A DNA stretch of 64,000 nucleotides, taken from contig CAXXNO010000001.1 in assembly GCA_963663235.2 (NCBI GenBank), forward strand, positions 53,762 through 117,761, read 5' to 3'. Source of the stretch: Dehalococcoidia bacterium (GTDB lineage Bacteria; Chloroflexota; Dehalococcoidia; Bin125). Below the pieces are notes generated by a model. The model saw only the letters and a list, made by a program, of their open reading frames with translations, was not told the origin of the DNA and ran no database searches. The translations under genes were made by a program, and so were the position numbers. This document shows, piece after piece, positions 46,124-55,861 of the stretch. Numbering within the stretch: position 1 is the stretch's first letter; each line of letters begins with the position of its first letter.

Positions 46124-47941
46124 GTGGCACCGAGCAATGTGAGCGTCATGGGATCCATGATCGACCCAGTGCAGCTTCTCGTCATGGCCAACCGCATCGA
46201 CGGCATCACTCGGGAGATGACCAACACCCTCATCCGCACCGCCCGCTCCGCCACCCTCGTCGCCCGCGACTTCTCCACCTCCATCGCCACCGCCCAGCAC
46301 GAGCTCCTCGCCGCCGCGGAAGGCCTCCCCGTGCACGTCTACGGCTCCGGTCCCCTCTGCGAGGCGATGGCCGCGCTGCACCCCGACTTCCAAGAGGGCG
46401 ATGCTTTCCTCCACAACGACCCCTACCTGGGCAATACCCACGCCGCCGACCACTCGATCCTCGTCCCTGTCTTCGTTCAGGGAGAGCACATCTTCACGAC
46501 TTGCATCAAAGCCCACCAGGCCGATTGCGGCGACGCCCTCCCCACCACGTACATGCCCAAGGCCGTGGATGTCTACGCCGAAGGGGCCCTCATCTTTCCC
46601 TGCGTCCGCATCCAGCGAGACTACGAGGACATCGGCGACATCGTCCGCATGTGCCGCAAGCGCATCCGCGCCCCCGAGATCTGGTACGGCGACTACCTCT
46701 CCATGCTCGCCGCCGCCCGCGTCGGCGAAGCACGCCTTCGAGAGTTCTGCCGCAAGTTCGGCCTGGCGACGGTGAAAACCTTTGTCCGCGAATGGCTCGA
46801 CTACACCGAACGCCTCGCTGAGGCCGAGGTCAAGCGGCTTCCCAAAGGCCGCGTCCACGCCAGCACCGCCCTCGATCCATTCCCCAACCTGCCGGACGGC
46901 CTCGCCTTGCAGGCGGAGATCGAGGTCGATCCCGAGGCCGGCTACGTGACGATCGACCTGCGCGATAACCCGGACTGCACCCCCACGGGGCTGAACCTCA
47001 GCCGCGCGACTGCCACGAACTCTGGGATCACGGCCATATTGACCGTCATCAATTCCAAGCGAGATGCCAAGCAGACGATCGTCCCCAACAACGCCGGCAG
47101 CTTCCGGCGCATCCGCGTCCTCCTGCGCGAGAACTGTGTCGTCGGGTTCCCAATTCATCCCACGTCCTGTTCCATGGCCACCAACACGGTCGCCGACCGG
47201 GTGGTGGGCATGATCGAGGCAGCCTTCGGCCGGCTGGCCGACGGCATCGGACTCGCGGAGCCCGCCAGCGGGCTACCGCCCTATCACGGGGTGGTGTCCG
47301 GCTTCGACCGGCGGCGCGGCGCGCCTTACGTGCTGCAACTCTTCAGCGGCAGCGCCGGCGGCCCCGGTAGCGCGGAGACGGACGGCTGGCTGACCATGTT
47401 GGTGGCGAACGGCAACGGGCTCATGTACATCGACGAGACCGAGGTGATCGAGCAGAAGTACCCCTTCGCCGTCTTCGAGATGCGGGTGCGGCCCGACTCC
47501 GAAGGCGCGGGCCGCCAGCGCGGCGCACCCGGGTGCATCACTGTGTTCGGCCCCCTGACGGACCCGCAGCAGGTCTACTACTCGCTCGATGGCATGATCA
47601 ACGTCCCGCAGGGCGTGCAGGGAGGCGGCCCGGCCCGGGGACCGGCGGCGCAGCTCATCGACCGCCAGGGCACGACGCGCGACCTGCCGGAGATCGTCGG
47701 TGAACAGACGCTGCAAGCCGGAGAGCGCATCGTCTCGCTCTCGTCGGGCGGGGGCGGCTACGGCGATCCCTTCACGCGGGATGCCCACGCCGTCCTGCTC
47801 GACGTGGTGGAGGGCTACATGTCGGTTGAGCGTGCCCGCGCCGCGTACGGGGTGATCAGCACCGGAGACCCCCATCGCGTCGAGACCCTCGCAATCGATG
47901 CCGAGGCCACGGCAACCCGCCGAACGCATCGCCCTCACTGA
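46124..47941 (+). CDS. Hydantoinase B/oxoprolinase family protein
   Basis: REM..TL.RTARS, DFS, HNDPYLGNTHAAD, HQAD, EVIEQKYP and GGGGYGDP motifs; start 46124 or 46148. Confidence 0.93.
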   Translation: MAPSNVSVMGSMIDPVQLLVMANRIDGITREMTNTLIRTARSATLVARDFSTSIATAQHELLAAAEGLPVHVYGSGPLCEAMAALHPDFQEGDAFLHNDPYLGNTHAADHSILVPVFVQGEHIFTTCIKAHQADCGDALPTTYMPKAVDVYAEGALIFPCVRIQRDYEDIGDIVRMCRKRIRAPEIWYGDYLSMLAAARVGEARLREFCRKFGLATVKTFVREWLDYTERLAEAEVKRLPKGRVHASTALDPFPNLPDGLALQAEIEVDPEAGYVTIDLRDNPDCTPTGLNLSRATATNSGITAILTVINSKRDAKQTIVPNNAGSFRRIRVLLRENCVVGFPIHPTSCSMATNTVADRVVGMIEAAFGRLADGIGLAEPASGLPPYHGVVSGFDRRRGAPYVLQLFSGSAGGPGSAETDGWLTMLVANGNGLMYIDETEVIEQKYPFAVFEMRVRPDSEGAGRQRGAPGCITVFGPLTDPQQVYYSLDGMINVPQGVQGGGPARGPAAQLIDRQGTTRDLPEIVGEQTLQAGERIVSLSSGGGGYGDPFTRDAHAVLLDVVEGYMSVERARAAYGVISTGDPHRVETLAIDAEATATRRTHRPH

Positions 47942-48148
47942 CCGCGCACCTGCCGAGCGGTGACGGCCACCTGTGGCGCATCAGCGACCGCCGCTTGTCG
48001 GTGCCGAATGGCGCTCCTCGTCCGCGCGTCGTCCGCGCGTCCTCCGCGCCTGCAAACTCGTCAACTAGCGAGCAAGTCACTTCAGCCCCTGCTAGACTGC
48101 CCTCCCGCGACCGCCGCGCGACTTCCGCGAGCTACGACAGCAGGGAAG

Positions 48149-48246
48149 AGACGATCAACGGATCGTCTGCGCTCGCGATACGCGACGGCGCTTGCAGCCG
48201 TAACAGGCTGGCGGTCGCGGGGAGCGGCGCTTCAGGCGCCCGTCGC
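48149..48246 (-). repeat. Repeat copy C (inverted hairpin element)
   Basis: Reverse complement of 48151-48238 is 82/88 identical to 55927-56014. Confidence 0.92.
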
Positions 48247-48406
48247 CGTCCAGGTCGTCGGGGTGCAAAACTCCATCCGTACCGGCATCGGACGGTCATT
48301 TCCACAGAAGGATCGGGCCTCACACTCCCAGGACCTTTAGCGGCGTGCACGATCCGAGACGCCGCAATCTCGCTTGGCCCGAATGCGCCGTCCGAGGTGG
48401 CCTGTC

Positions 48407-49003
48407 TCATGCGGGGCGGCTGGCGGCCCTCTGGTGCACGGACACCGCGTAGTCGTTCCCAACCTCCCAAGCGTCGCGATCCCAGGTTGACCATCGCTCG
48501 TCGAGCGCCAGCCCCGCGTTGGCGGCAATCTCGTCGTATCGTTCGACGGTCAGTCGATCCCGCATGATCTGAAAGCCCGCGATCAGGACCCCGCCCGGTT
48601 CCAGGTGGCGCGCCATGTTCGCGACGACGGCGCTCTCCGTTCCCGGCTTCGCGAAGATCATCACATTGCCGGCCATCACGATGGCGTCGAACGTACGGGA
48701 GAGGTCAACGGTCGAGAGGTCGGCGACGTGCCAGTCTCCGCTGGGCGCCTTGCGCCGCGCCGTCGCGAGCATCTCTGGGTCGATGTCGACGCCGACGACG
48801 TCCAGGCCGCGACGGGCAAGCTCGCGCCCGACGCGACCCGTTCCGCAGCCGGCATCGAGCACGGACGCGGGCGCGAACCGCTGGACGAAGTCGGCTTCGC
48901 CGTGGACGTTCTCGCCGGCAGCGGCGCGTCGCTCGTACGTCATGTCGTAGGCGTCGCCGGACACGCTCCGCGCCTGCCGCCGACGGTCCAAGGCATCGGT
49001 CAT
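48407..49003 (-). CDS. Class I SAM-dependent methyltransferase
   Basis: HGEADFV, VLDAGCGTGR, GVDID and FDAIVMAGNV motifs. Confidence 0.92.
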   Translation of the reverse strand: MTDALDRRRQARSVSGDAYDMTYERRAAAGENVHGEADFVQRFAPASVLDAGCGTGRVGRELARRGLDVVGVDIDPEMLATARRKAPSGDWHVADLSTVDLSRTFDAIVMAGNVMIFAKPGTESAVVANMARHLEPGGVLIAGFQIMRDRLTVERYDEIAANAGLALDERWSTWDRDAWEVGNDYAVSVHQRAASRPA

Positions 49004-49055
49004 GCAGGCGACCCTCAGCCAGCACTCTTCTGTTCGCACATATCCGAAATCATAC

Positions 49056-49475
49056 GCCGAGGAGCCGCGTTGCGGGTGGTGGGAAGGGTTCGACTGGTGC
49101 ACCGACGCTTTCGGGTTCGACGGCGAGGACCCCCCTCCGGATCCGCCTCCGGATCTCGATGGCGCCCCCGGCACCGCCGACTTCACCGCCGGCACCTGCG
49201 TTCCACTCGAGTTCAACGACACGCTCATCGTGACCATCAGCACGGCCGAGAACGGCCAGGTCATGGTGGAGTTGGAGCAGCCCTCCACCGGCGACCTCAA
49301 CCGCGGCATCATGCAACTCCAAACCGACGGCTCCTGGACGTTCTTCGCCGAGCGCGAAGGCGGCGGCGAGAACTACGGCGGACGCTTCACCCAGAGCGCT
49401 GACGGACGCTGGTCCTTCAGCGCCGTCAACAACTACAACGACTGCACCTGGGAAGTCATCTGGGTCCAGGCTTAA
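49056..49475 (+). pseudogene. Probable 5'-truncated fragment of an extracellular beta-rich protein
   Basis: Strong coding bias, Pro linker and Cys pairs, but no credible start or RBS; abuts a divergent gene. Confidence 0.5.
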
Positions 49476-49723
49476 TCGCCCGCGCCCGCTCGTTCCGGCT
49501 TTTCTCTCGCACCGCAGACACACGTCTCCGTGAACCCGATCCTCCTCCACGAGACTGTCGAAAATCGATCGCGCCGTACGGTCGCGTTGTCGCCGCGACA
49601 TCTCCGTCGTCGGCTCGAGTTACGCCCTCGGGTCGGCTCATTCGGCGCTATCGATCATTGATCAAACCCTGAACGCGCCACGCTACCGGGGTCCGTTGCT
49701 ACGCTGCGAATCAGCGATCGGGG

Positions 49724-50221
49724 ATGACCGTGGGCTTGTGGACGCGCGTCCGCTCGATGCTTGGCTTTCCTCTGCCCGAGCCGACGCCGCGGCCGCCGGG
49801 CCGCGGCGAGCGATGGTGGACTCGCCCGAGAGCGCCCGTCTTCCGGGTCGAGCCCGTCGCCAGCCACATGCCCGACGGACGCACCGTCCGCCTCCTGATG
49901 ACCTTCCGGCAGACCGCCGGCCACGACGTAGAAGCGAGCCTGCGCGCCCGCTGGCGCGGCGCGGGCGTCGAGTTGCCCTTCGTCGTCCCGCTGATCGACA
50001 TCCGTGAACAGACCTACCAGATGAAGTCGACGATCGCTGATCCGGCCAGCTCCGACGACGCCGACGTTCCGGCGGAACACGCGGCCTTTGAGCTGAGTTT
50101 CGAGTGGGATGGTGGCGAGCGGCACTGCCTCTGGGTCTGGCCCCTGATCCAAGAACGCGACGGGCGCTGGGCCCTCGCCGCGACGGCGGCCGACACGGAG
50201 ACGCCCTCCCGGCAGTGGTAG
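49724..50221 (+). CDS. Hypothetical protein
   Basis: 165-aa ORF with host-like codon usage. Confidence 0.6.
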   Translation: MTVGLWTRVRSMLGFPLPEPTPRPPGRGERWWTRPRAPVFRVEPVASHMPDGRTVRLLMTFRQTAGHDVEASLRARWRGAGVELPFVVPLIDIREQTYQMKSTIADPASSDDADVPAEHAAFELSFEWDGGERHCLWVWPLIQERDGRWALAATAADTETPSRQW

Positions 50222-50313
50222 CGTCGACTACCGCGGCAGCGAAGCAGCTACCACCGACGAACGTTAATGGGGCAGACGGAGTGCGAAGGCGTGCGGCCAC
50301 CGTAGGGGCCGGA

Positions 50314-50904
50314 TCAAAGCATGACCAACCCTCGACGGGCTGCGATGGCCACCGCCTCGGTCCGCGATTGTGCATGGAGCTTGGCCAAGATCGCGCTGAC
50401 GTGCGACTTGACCGTTTGATCGCTCACGCCGAGCAGCTCCGCGATCGCTTTGTTGGGTTTGCCCTGTGCCAGGAGGCGCAAGATCTCCTGCTCACGCGGC
50501 GTGAGCCGTTCCGCCTCACCCGCGACGGCCGGCTCAGGGTGGACGTCGGCGACGAGATCCCGCACGGCCAAACCCTGCGCGGCCGCGTGAATCGCGGCAG
50601 CTAGTCGTTCCCTGCGAGCCGGCACGGCCACGGCCGAGGCCTCCCGATCAGGGCGAGGCACGATAGCATTGCCGGTCGGGAGCAGCACCAGCACCGGGAT
50701 GTCCGCTGGCAGATTCGATTGAATCGCGTTGAGGTCCCACCCCTCCAGAATCACGAGGTCCGCCCAAGCGACGTCGGAGGCGCGCAGCGGGGCTGACCGC
50801 AGACGCAGATCGATTCCATCAGGCGCGCCGACGTCGTCGAGATATCGCTCAGCCGGCGCGGCCACGAGGGCGTGAATCGGCATCGTGTGGGCGGACAGGA
50901 TCAT
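50314..50904 (-). CDS. LuxR/NarL-family regulator with degenerate receiver domain
   Basis: LTPREQEILRLLAQGKPNKAIA..VKSHVSAILAKL..SRTEAV. Confidence 0.9.
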   Translation of the reverse strand: MILSAHTMPIHALVAAPAERYLDDVGAPDGIDLRLRSAPLRASDVAWADLVILEGWDLNAIQSNLPADIPVLVLLPTGNAIVPRPDREASAVAVPARRERLAAAIHAAAQGLAVRDLVADVHPEPAVAGEAERLTPREQEILRLLAQGKPNKAIAELLGVSDQTVKSHVSAILAKLHAQSRTEAVAIAARRGLVML

Positions 50905-51466
50905 CGAGCACCTCGGCGGCGACCTCCGTCAGGAAACGACGCACGCTGTCCGCAGGGATGCCGGCAGCGACGCCACTCCAGATGAGCGTACTAAGCGCCA
51001 GCACGCGGCCCTCCGCATCCACCATGGGACCCCCGGAGAAGCCCGGCGCCAGGCGGAGATCACTCGAGAGGAGGCGCTGTTGCGGAACCGGAAGGCAACC
51101 GTCTTGGTCGGCCCCGACGATGATGCCGGTGCTGGCGGCGATCGCCCCGCCGCTCGGGTGCCCAACGGCGATCATGAGCTGCCCTGGCCGCCCGGACCCG
51201 CGCGGCGCGAGCGAGAGGGGCGGCGCTTTGAGGTGGGGCGCGGCCAACAGCGCGAGATCCCGGCCGCGATCCAGCGCGAACAGTGACGCCGGATGGACCG
51301 CGCCATCGGCCGCCTCCGCGGCGAGGGGACCGACCGCCGCCACATGCGCGTTGGTTAGAATGAACCCGCCCTCGCCCAGGACCGTGCCGGCTCCGCTCCC
51401 TTGGCCGCTGGTGATCCGGACCACACTGCGACGAGTGCGGGCAACGACCTCCTCGAACGATCGCAT
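50849..51466 (-). CDS. Trypsin-like S1C serine protease without PDZ
   Basis: LTNAHV, DLALL and LAPGFSGGPM motifs. Confidence 0.88.
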   Translation of the reverse strand: MRSFEEVVARTRRSVVRITSGQGSGAGTVLGEGGFILTNAHVAAVGPLAAEAADGAVHPASLFALDRGRDLALLAAPHLKAPPLSLAPRGSGRPGQLMIAVGHPSGGAIAASTGIIVGADQDGCLPVPQQRLLSSDLRLAPGFSGGPMVDAEGRVLALSTLIWSGVAAGIPADSVRRFLTEVAAEVLDDPVRPHDADSRPRGRAG

Positions 51467-51467
51467 C

Positions 51468-52364
51468 TCAGTCGCGCTCTCCCGGCGTAATGCGCAGGTC
51501 CCGCAGCGTCCCAGCTCGCAGGACGCGCAACGGCAGCTCGACCTCGATGCGCTCGGCCCCGAGGCTCCCGAGAAGTTCATCCGTGTCTTCGAGCTCCGTG
51601 TCCCCCAACGCGAGGAGCACGTCGCCGAGGAGCAAGCCGGCGCGCGCGGCCGGTCCGCCGGTATCGACGCTCGTCACGAGCAGCCCGTGCTCCTGGGCGA
51701 TGCCAGCCGGTGCGCCCGCCTGCGCAATCGCGATGGGTTGGGTCGCGACGCCGAGGAAGGCGCGGCGGACGCGACCGTGCGCCAGCAGGGACTCGACGAG
51801 CGGCTGCAGCGCCGCGTGCGGAATCGTGAAGCCGCCGTCCCGCGCGAGAAGCGAGGTGTTCATGCCGAAGACCTCGCCCCTTGCGCTCACAAGCGGACCG
51901 CCGGAGAAGCCGGGCAGCATCCGCGCGTCCGTCCGCAAGTAGCCGCTTACGGGAACCCCCAGCCGCGTCCGCCAAGGTCCGCCAACGGCACTCACGATGC
52001 CCAACGACGCGGAGATCCCTTCCGCAGACGGCCGTCCGAGAGTGAGCGCAAGTGCGCCCACGTCGGGCGGGGCGGCGAAGCTGGGCACGGTCAGGGAGTC
52101 CGCCTCGACGCGCAGCACGGCCACGTCCGCGCCCGCGTCCATGCCGGCCAGCTCGGCGCGCTGGCTGCGCCCGTCGGCAAACCGCACCGCGATGCGCTCA
52201 GAGTGCTCGATCACGTGCGCGGCGGTGATGAGGGTCCCCGGCCCCCAGACGATCCCGCTGGCCCCATAGCGGCGCCGCGCGTCGATGAGCACCGTCGATG
52301 CACCGGCCCGAGCGACTGCCGCCTCCAAGGCGGCGGAAAGTTCCGCGAGTTCTTCTCCTGGCAT
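51468..52364 (-). CDS. S1C serine protease with PDZ domain, no signal peptide
   Basis: ITAAHV, DVAVL, PGFSGGPL and AGLLLGDVL motifs; ATG follows AAGGAG. Confidence 0.9.
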   Translation of the reverse strand: MPGEELAELSAALEAAVARAGASTVLIDARRRYGASGIVWGPGTLITAAHVIEHSERIAVRFADGRSQRAELAGMDAGADVAVLRVEADSLTVPSFAAPPDVGALALTLGRPSAEGISASLGIVSAVGGPWRTRLGVPVSGYLRTDARMLPGFSGGPLVSARGEVFGMNTSLLARDGGFTIPHAALQPLVESLLAHGRVRRAFLGVATQPIAIAQAGAPAGIAQEHGLLVTSVDTGGPAARAGLLLGDVLLALGDTELEDTDELLGSLGAERIEVELPLRVLRAGTLRDLRITPGERD

Positions 52365-52642
52365 GGTCGCGCTCCTTTCGATGCAAAGCGTCGCAGAGTC
52401 GCGGGCCGGGCGGATCACCCAACTGGGGGACCCCCTCGCCGCGGTGCGCCAGAGCAACTTCGGCGCGGGTCTCCCACAGGCTAGAGGGCGCCGCCTGCGA
52501 TACGGCGGCCCGGCAGGTCGCCGGCGCACGCTCGGGCGGTGCTGCTCGGCGTCACCGAAGGGACGCGCACGTTCCACGCAGCGTGTGTACCCGCGAGGGC
52601 TAGTGGCGCAGCGGCTGGGGGCGCTCGCCGAGGCGGGGCCGG

Positions 52643-54340
52643 TCAGTCGGAGGCTCTGGCGGATTCCACGGCGTCGGCGTCATGGACCTCGATCTTCTGC
52701 CGTCGTTGGTTCTCCTGGCGAACCATGTTGATCGTCCCGCCTTCGCCGAATTGGTTGCTCTCCGCGAAGTTCACCTCGCTGAGCGCGTAGTCGAACTTGT
52801 ACTCCTTGGCGATGACACGATCGGCGTACTCGCGCAGGTGAATGAAGTAGGCCAGGTAGGCGACCGTCTGGTGCAGTGTGCGCGGCGCCCGGCGCAGTGT
52901 TCCCCAGAGCATGCGAAACGCGAAGCGTCGATGCTGGCTGCCGCCGGTCAGGTAGTAGCGGAAGATCATCAGGGTCTGCCGGATAAGAAACGGGCGAAAC
53001 CGCCCGAGTGGTTTCTGGATGAAAGGACGGTCCGGGTACTTGCTCCATTGCTCCACGTTCGCCAGCCACCGATCTCCCAGCGCGTCCCATGTGTAGATCC
53101 GCTGAAAGAGCTCGCGGTATCCGGTGATCAGCGCGTCGTACGACATCTGCAACGGTTCGATGTTCGTGAAGCTGAGCGTATTGTTGCCCTGGGCCGCCGA
53201 CCGCAGCCGCCCTTCTTTCTCCAGCCGCTCGTACAGCGGCGTGCGGGGAATCGCTTGCAGGATGCCGAGCATCACGATCGGCGCGCCCGCGAGCTGCAGG
53301 AACTCGTACTGGTCCTCGAAGATCTCTGCATCATCGCTGTCGAAACCGACGATCATCCCGGCCGAGGTGACCATGCCGTAACTCTGGATGGTCTTGATGT
53401 CGTCGACCAGATTCGCCGCCACATTCTGGAACTTTTTGGTCTCGACCAGGCTCGCTTTGCGCGGCGACTCGATGCCGAGGAAGGCCTCGGTGACATTGGC
53501 TTGGCGCATCAGCTCCAAAAGCTCTGGGTCGCGCACACAATCGACGCTCATCTCGACGTACAGGCTCAGAGGCGTGCGGCGGGCTCGATTCCAGTCGCCG
53601 ACTGCCTTGAGCATCTGCTTGGCGTACTTGCGGTTGCCGACCAGGTTGTCGTCGACGAGCGTGACGAAATCCAGGCCGGCATCGGCCCAAGACTGCAGCT
53701 CCCGGAGCACGTTCTCGATCGGTTTCATGCGGACCACTCGACCGTATGTCACGATGATGTCGCAGAACTCGCAGGTGAACGGACAGCCGCGCGTGGTCTG
53801 AACGGCGCCGACTCGATAGGCTTTCGCGTCGAGGAGGTCGAGTCGAGGCGCCGGACTGTCCGTCATGTCGATCTTCTCGGTCTGGATGTAGCGATCCTCG
53901 TGCTCGCCCCGCTCCCACGCGTCCAGGAACGCCTTCCACGTGTACTCGCCCTCCCCCTCGAAAAGAACGTCGCAGTGCGGGCGGCAGCGCTCGGGCACGA
54001 CGTTGCAGATCGGCCCCCCCATGCACACGGTGTAACCGTTCGCCCGGAAGCGGTCGGCCACCTCGAACAGACGCTGCTCCTGAATGCCCATGGCCGATAG
54101 AACGATCAAGTCCGCGGCGACCTCGAAGTCGATCGGCTCGATGTTCTCGTCGACGATGGCAACGTCGTAGCGGTCGGGCGTCAGCGCCGCCACCGTCGCC
54201 AGCCCCAGCGGCGGCATGACCGTCTTGAAACCGCCGATGTCCTTGACGAACCCGAAGCTCCAGAAGGAGGGCGGGAACTTCGGGTGAACCATGACGATTC
54301 TCTTGCGGGGGGTCCGCCCATCGCCGTTTGCTTGCTTCAT
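52643..54340 (-). CDS. B12-binding radical SAM protein (DUF4070-type)
   Basis: PPLGLATVAA, RGCPFTCEFC, DDNL, GIES, GMIVGFDSD and TPLYERL motifs. Confidence 0.92.
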   Translation of the reverse strand: MKQANGDGRTPRKRIVMVHPKFPPSFWSFGFVKDIGGFKTVMPPLGLATVAALTPDRYDVAIVDENIEPIDFEVAADLIVLSAMGIQEQRLFEVADRFRANGYTVCMGGPICNVVPERCRPHCDVLFEGEGEYTWKAFLDAWERGEHEDRYIQTEKIDMTDSPAPRLDLLDAKAYRVGAVQTTRGCPFTCEFCDIIVTYGRVVRMKPIENVLRELQSWADAGLDFVTLVDDNLVGNRKYAKQMLKAVGDWNRARRTPLSLYVEMSVDCVRDPELLELMRQANVTEAFLGIESPRKASLVETKKFQNVAANLVDDIKTIQSYGMVTSAGMIVGFDSDDAEIFEDQYEFLQLAGAPIVMLGILQAIPRTPLYERLEKEGRLRSAAQGNNTLSFTNIEPLQMSYDALITGYRELFQRIYTWDALGDRWLANVEQWSKYPDRPFIQKPLGRFRPFLIRQTLMIFRYYLTGGSQHRRFAFRMLWGTLRRAPRTLHQTVAYLAYFIHLREYADRVIAKEYKFDYALSEVNFAESNQFGEGGTINMVRQENQRRQKIEVHDADAVESARASD

Positions 54341-54438
54341 CGCACCCGACCTCCCCTCGGCTCCAACTCCGCAGATCCTGTTTCGGCTGCGCCTTGCCTT
54401 CCCACGAGGGTGTGCTGTCCTGCCTGCGCGGGACGACT

Positions 54439-54474
54439 AGGTGCACTCTCGGTCACGGGACTGAGAGTGCACCT
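54439..54474. other. Strong hairpin upstream of the radical SAM gene
   Basis: AGGTGCACTCTC/GAGAGTGCACCT perfect 12-bp stem, extendable to 16 bp with one wobble. Confidence 0.7.
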
Positions 54475-54630
54475 GAAGGCTCTTTGAACGGTTCCTCGTC
54501 GGGTTGGCATGGTGACAGTATCGCTGAGGCGAGCCCATAACTCCATCCGAGACTCAGCGCCTCTCCAACCGGTGGAGCAGCGCCGCCGAGACTGACGCGA
54601 TCCTCCGCGTGTCGGTCGCCTGCCGGCACG

Positions 54631-54660
54631 AGCGCCCACGATCTCGCGATCGTGGGCGCT
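54631..54660 (-). terminator. 13-bp perfect hairpin after the DMT gene
   Basis: AGCGCCCACGATC-TCGC-GATCGTGGGCGCT, 13 nt past the stop; no U tract. Confidence 0.6.
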
Positions 54661-54673
54661 GCCACCTCGCGCT

Positions 54674-55711
54674 TCAAGCGAAGGCCGCGATCCCCGCTAC
54701 GGCGACCACTGTCCCGATGACCGCCCAGCGCGTGATCTGTTCGCGCAGGAAGATCACCGCCAGCGGCAGTCCGATGAGCGGGGAGACGGAGAACACGGCG
54801 ATCGCTTGGCCCGCGCCGAGCTCCTGGATGGCGACAATGATCAGCAGGCTGGTGACGCCGGTTCCCAGAATGCCATAGAGCGCCATGGCGCTCATGGTCC
54901 GCCGGTCCACGTTGCCCGCGCGCAGGTGGGAGTTCGGCCACAGCCACGCCCCCGCGCCGATCACGCCCAGGAGGATCGGCATCCGCACGATGGCGGCGGC
55001 GGAGGGGTTGACGTCCACGGCGACGGCGCGCAGCCACACCGTTGCGACCGCCCCGCAGACGCTGGCCGCCAGCGCTAGCGCGACGCCGACCGCCAAGCGA
55101 TGCGCGTACGCCCAGCGCACGAACACCGGGAGCGTCGCCGCCGCGGACCTCCCCATCGCGCGCGAGGAGCCGAGGAAGAGGGCCGGGAGCACGTTCCGCG
55201 GCCGCCCCTGGTCGCAGGCCGGAGCGGCCGTCGCGGATTCCCTCGAGTCGGCGTTCCCGCCGCCGGGCGGGCGAGCGGCGCGGGGCCGGCCGTACAGGGC
55301 CACCATGTAGACCCCACTGAGCACCAGCGCCGTTCCCAACCCGTCCCGCCACGTGACGGCGTCGCCGAGGAGGATCGCCGCGGAGACGAAGGTCAGCAGG
55401 ACGGTCAGGCCCGTGATGATGGCGAACGGCCGCGCCAACCCGAGCAGGGCGATGGAGGCCGCGTAGAGCGTCTCGCTGCACCCGGAGGCGATGAATCCGG
55501 CCAGCGCCAGTTGCCACATGTTGTGGAAGCTCATCGCGGTGAGGTCGTCCAGCCCGCCCAGCGCAAACAGCGCCGCCACGTAGAACGCGCCCGCCCAGAT
55601 CACCCGGATGAAGCTCAGCGTGAGCGTGTCGACGCGCACCGTCTGCGATGCCATGAAGGTGCTGGCCACCGCCCACACGGCGGCCGTACCGAGGGCTGCG
55701 CCGATTCCCAC
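54674..55711 (-). CDS. DMT/EamA family transporter (paralog of 19136-20170)
   Basis: MGIGAALGTAAVWAVAS..LYGRPR..FLREQIT; ten TMs. Confidence 0.9.
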   Translation of the reverse strand: MGIGAALGTAAVWAVASTFMASQTVRVDTLTLSFIRVIWAGAFYVAALFALGGLDDLTAMSFHNMWQLALAGFIASGCSETLYAASIALLGLARPFAIITGLTVLLTFVSAAILLGDAVTWRDGLGTALVLSGVYMVALYGRPRAARPPGGGNADSRESATAAPACDQGRPRNVLPALFLGSSRAMGRSAAATLPVFVRWAYAHRLAVGVALALAASVCGAVATVWLRAVAVDVNPSAAAIVRMPILLGVIGAGAWLWPNSHLRAGNVDRRTMSAMALYGILGTGVTSLLIIVAIQELGAGQAIAVFSVSPLIGLPLAVIFLREQITRWAVIGTVVAVAGIAAFA

Positions 55712-55861
55712 CGTGCTCGCTTTCCGTTCTCACGTCCGGGCCGCAGCCGCGACGATCGCGTCCCGGCATCGTACTTGCTGCGATTCCATCGGCCTCACCG
55801 AGGGGGCGCGTTGCCGCTCGCGGACACTCCGCCACCGCTCCGCGGCCTCTCCCGGCTGATC

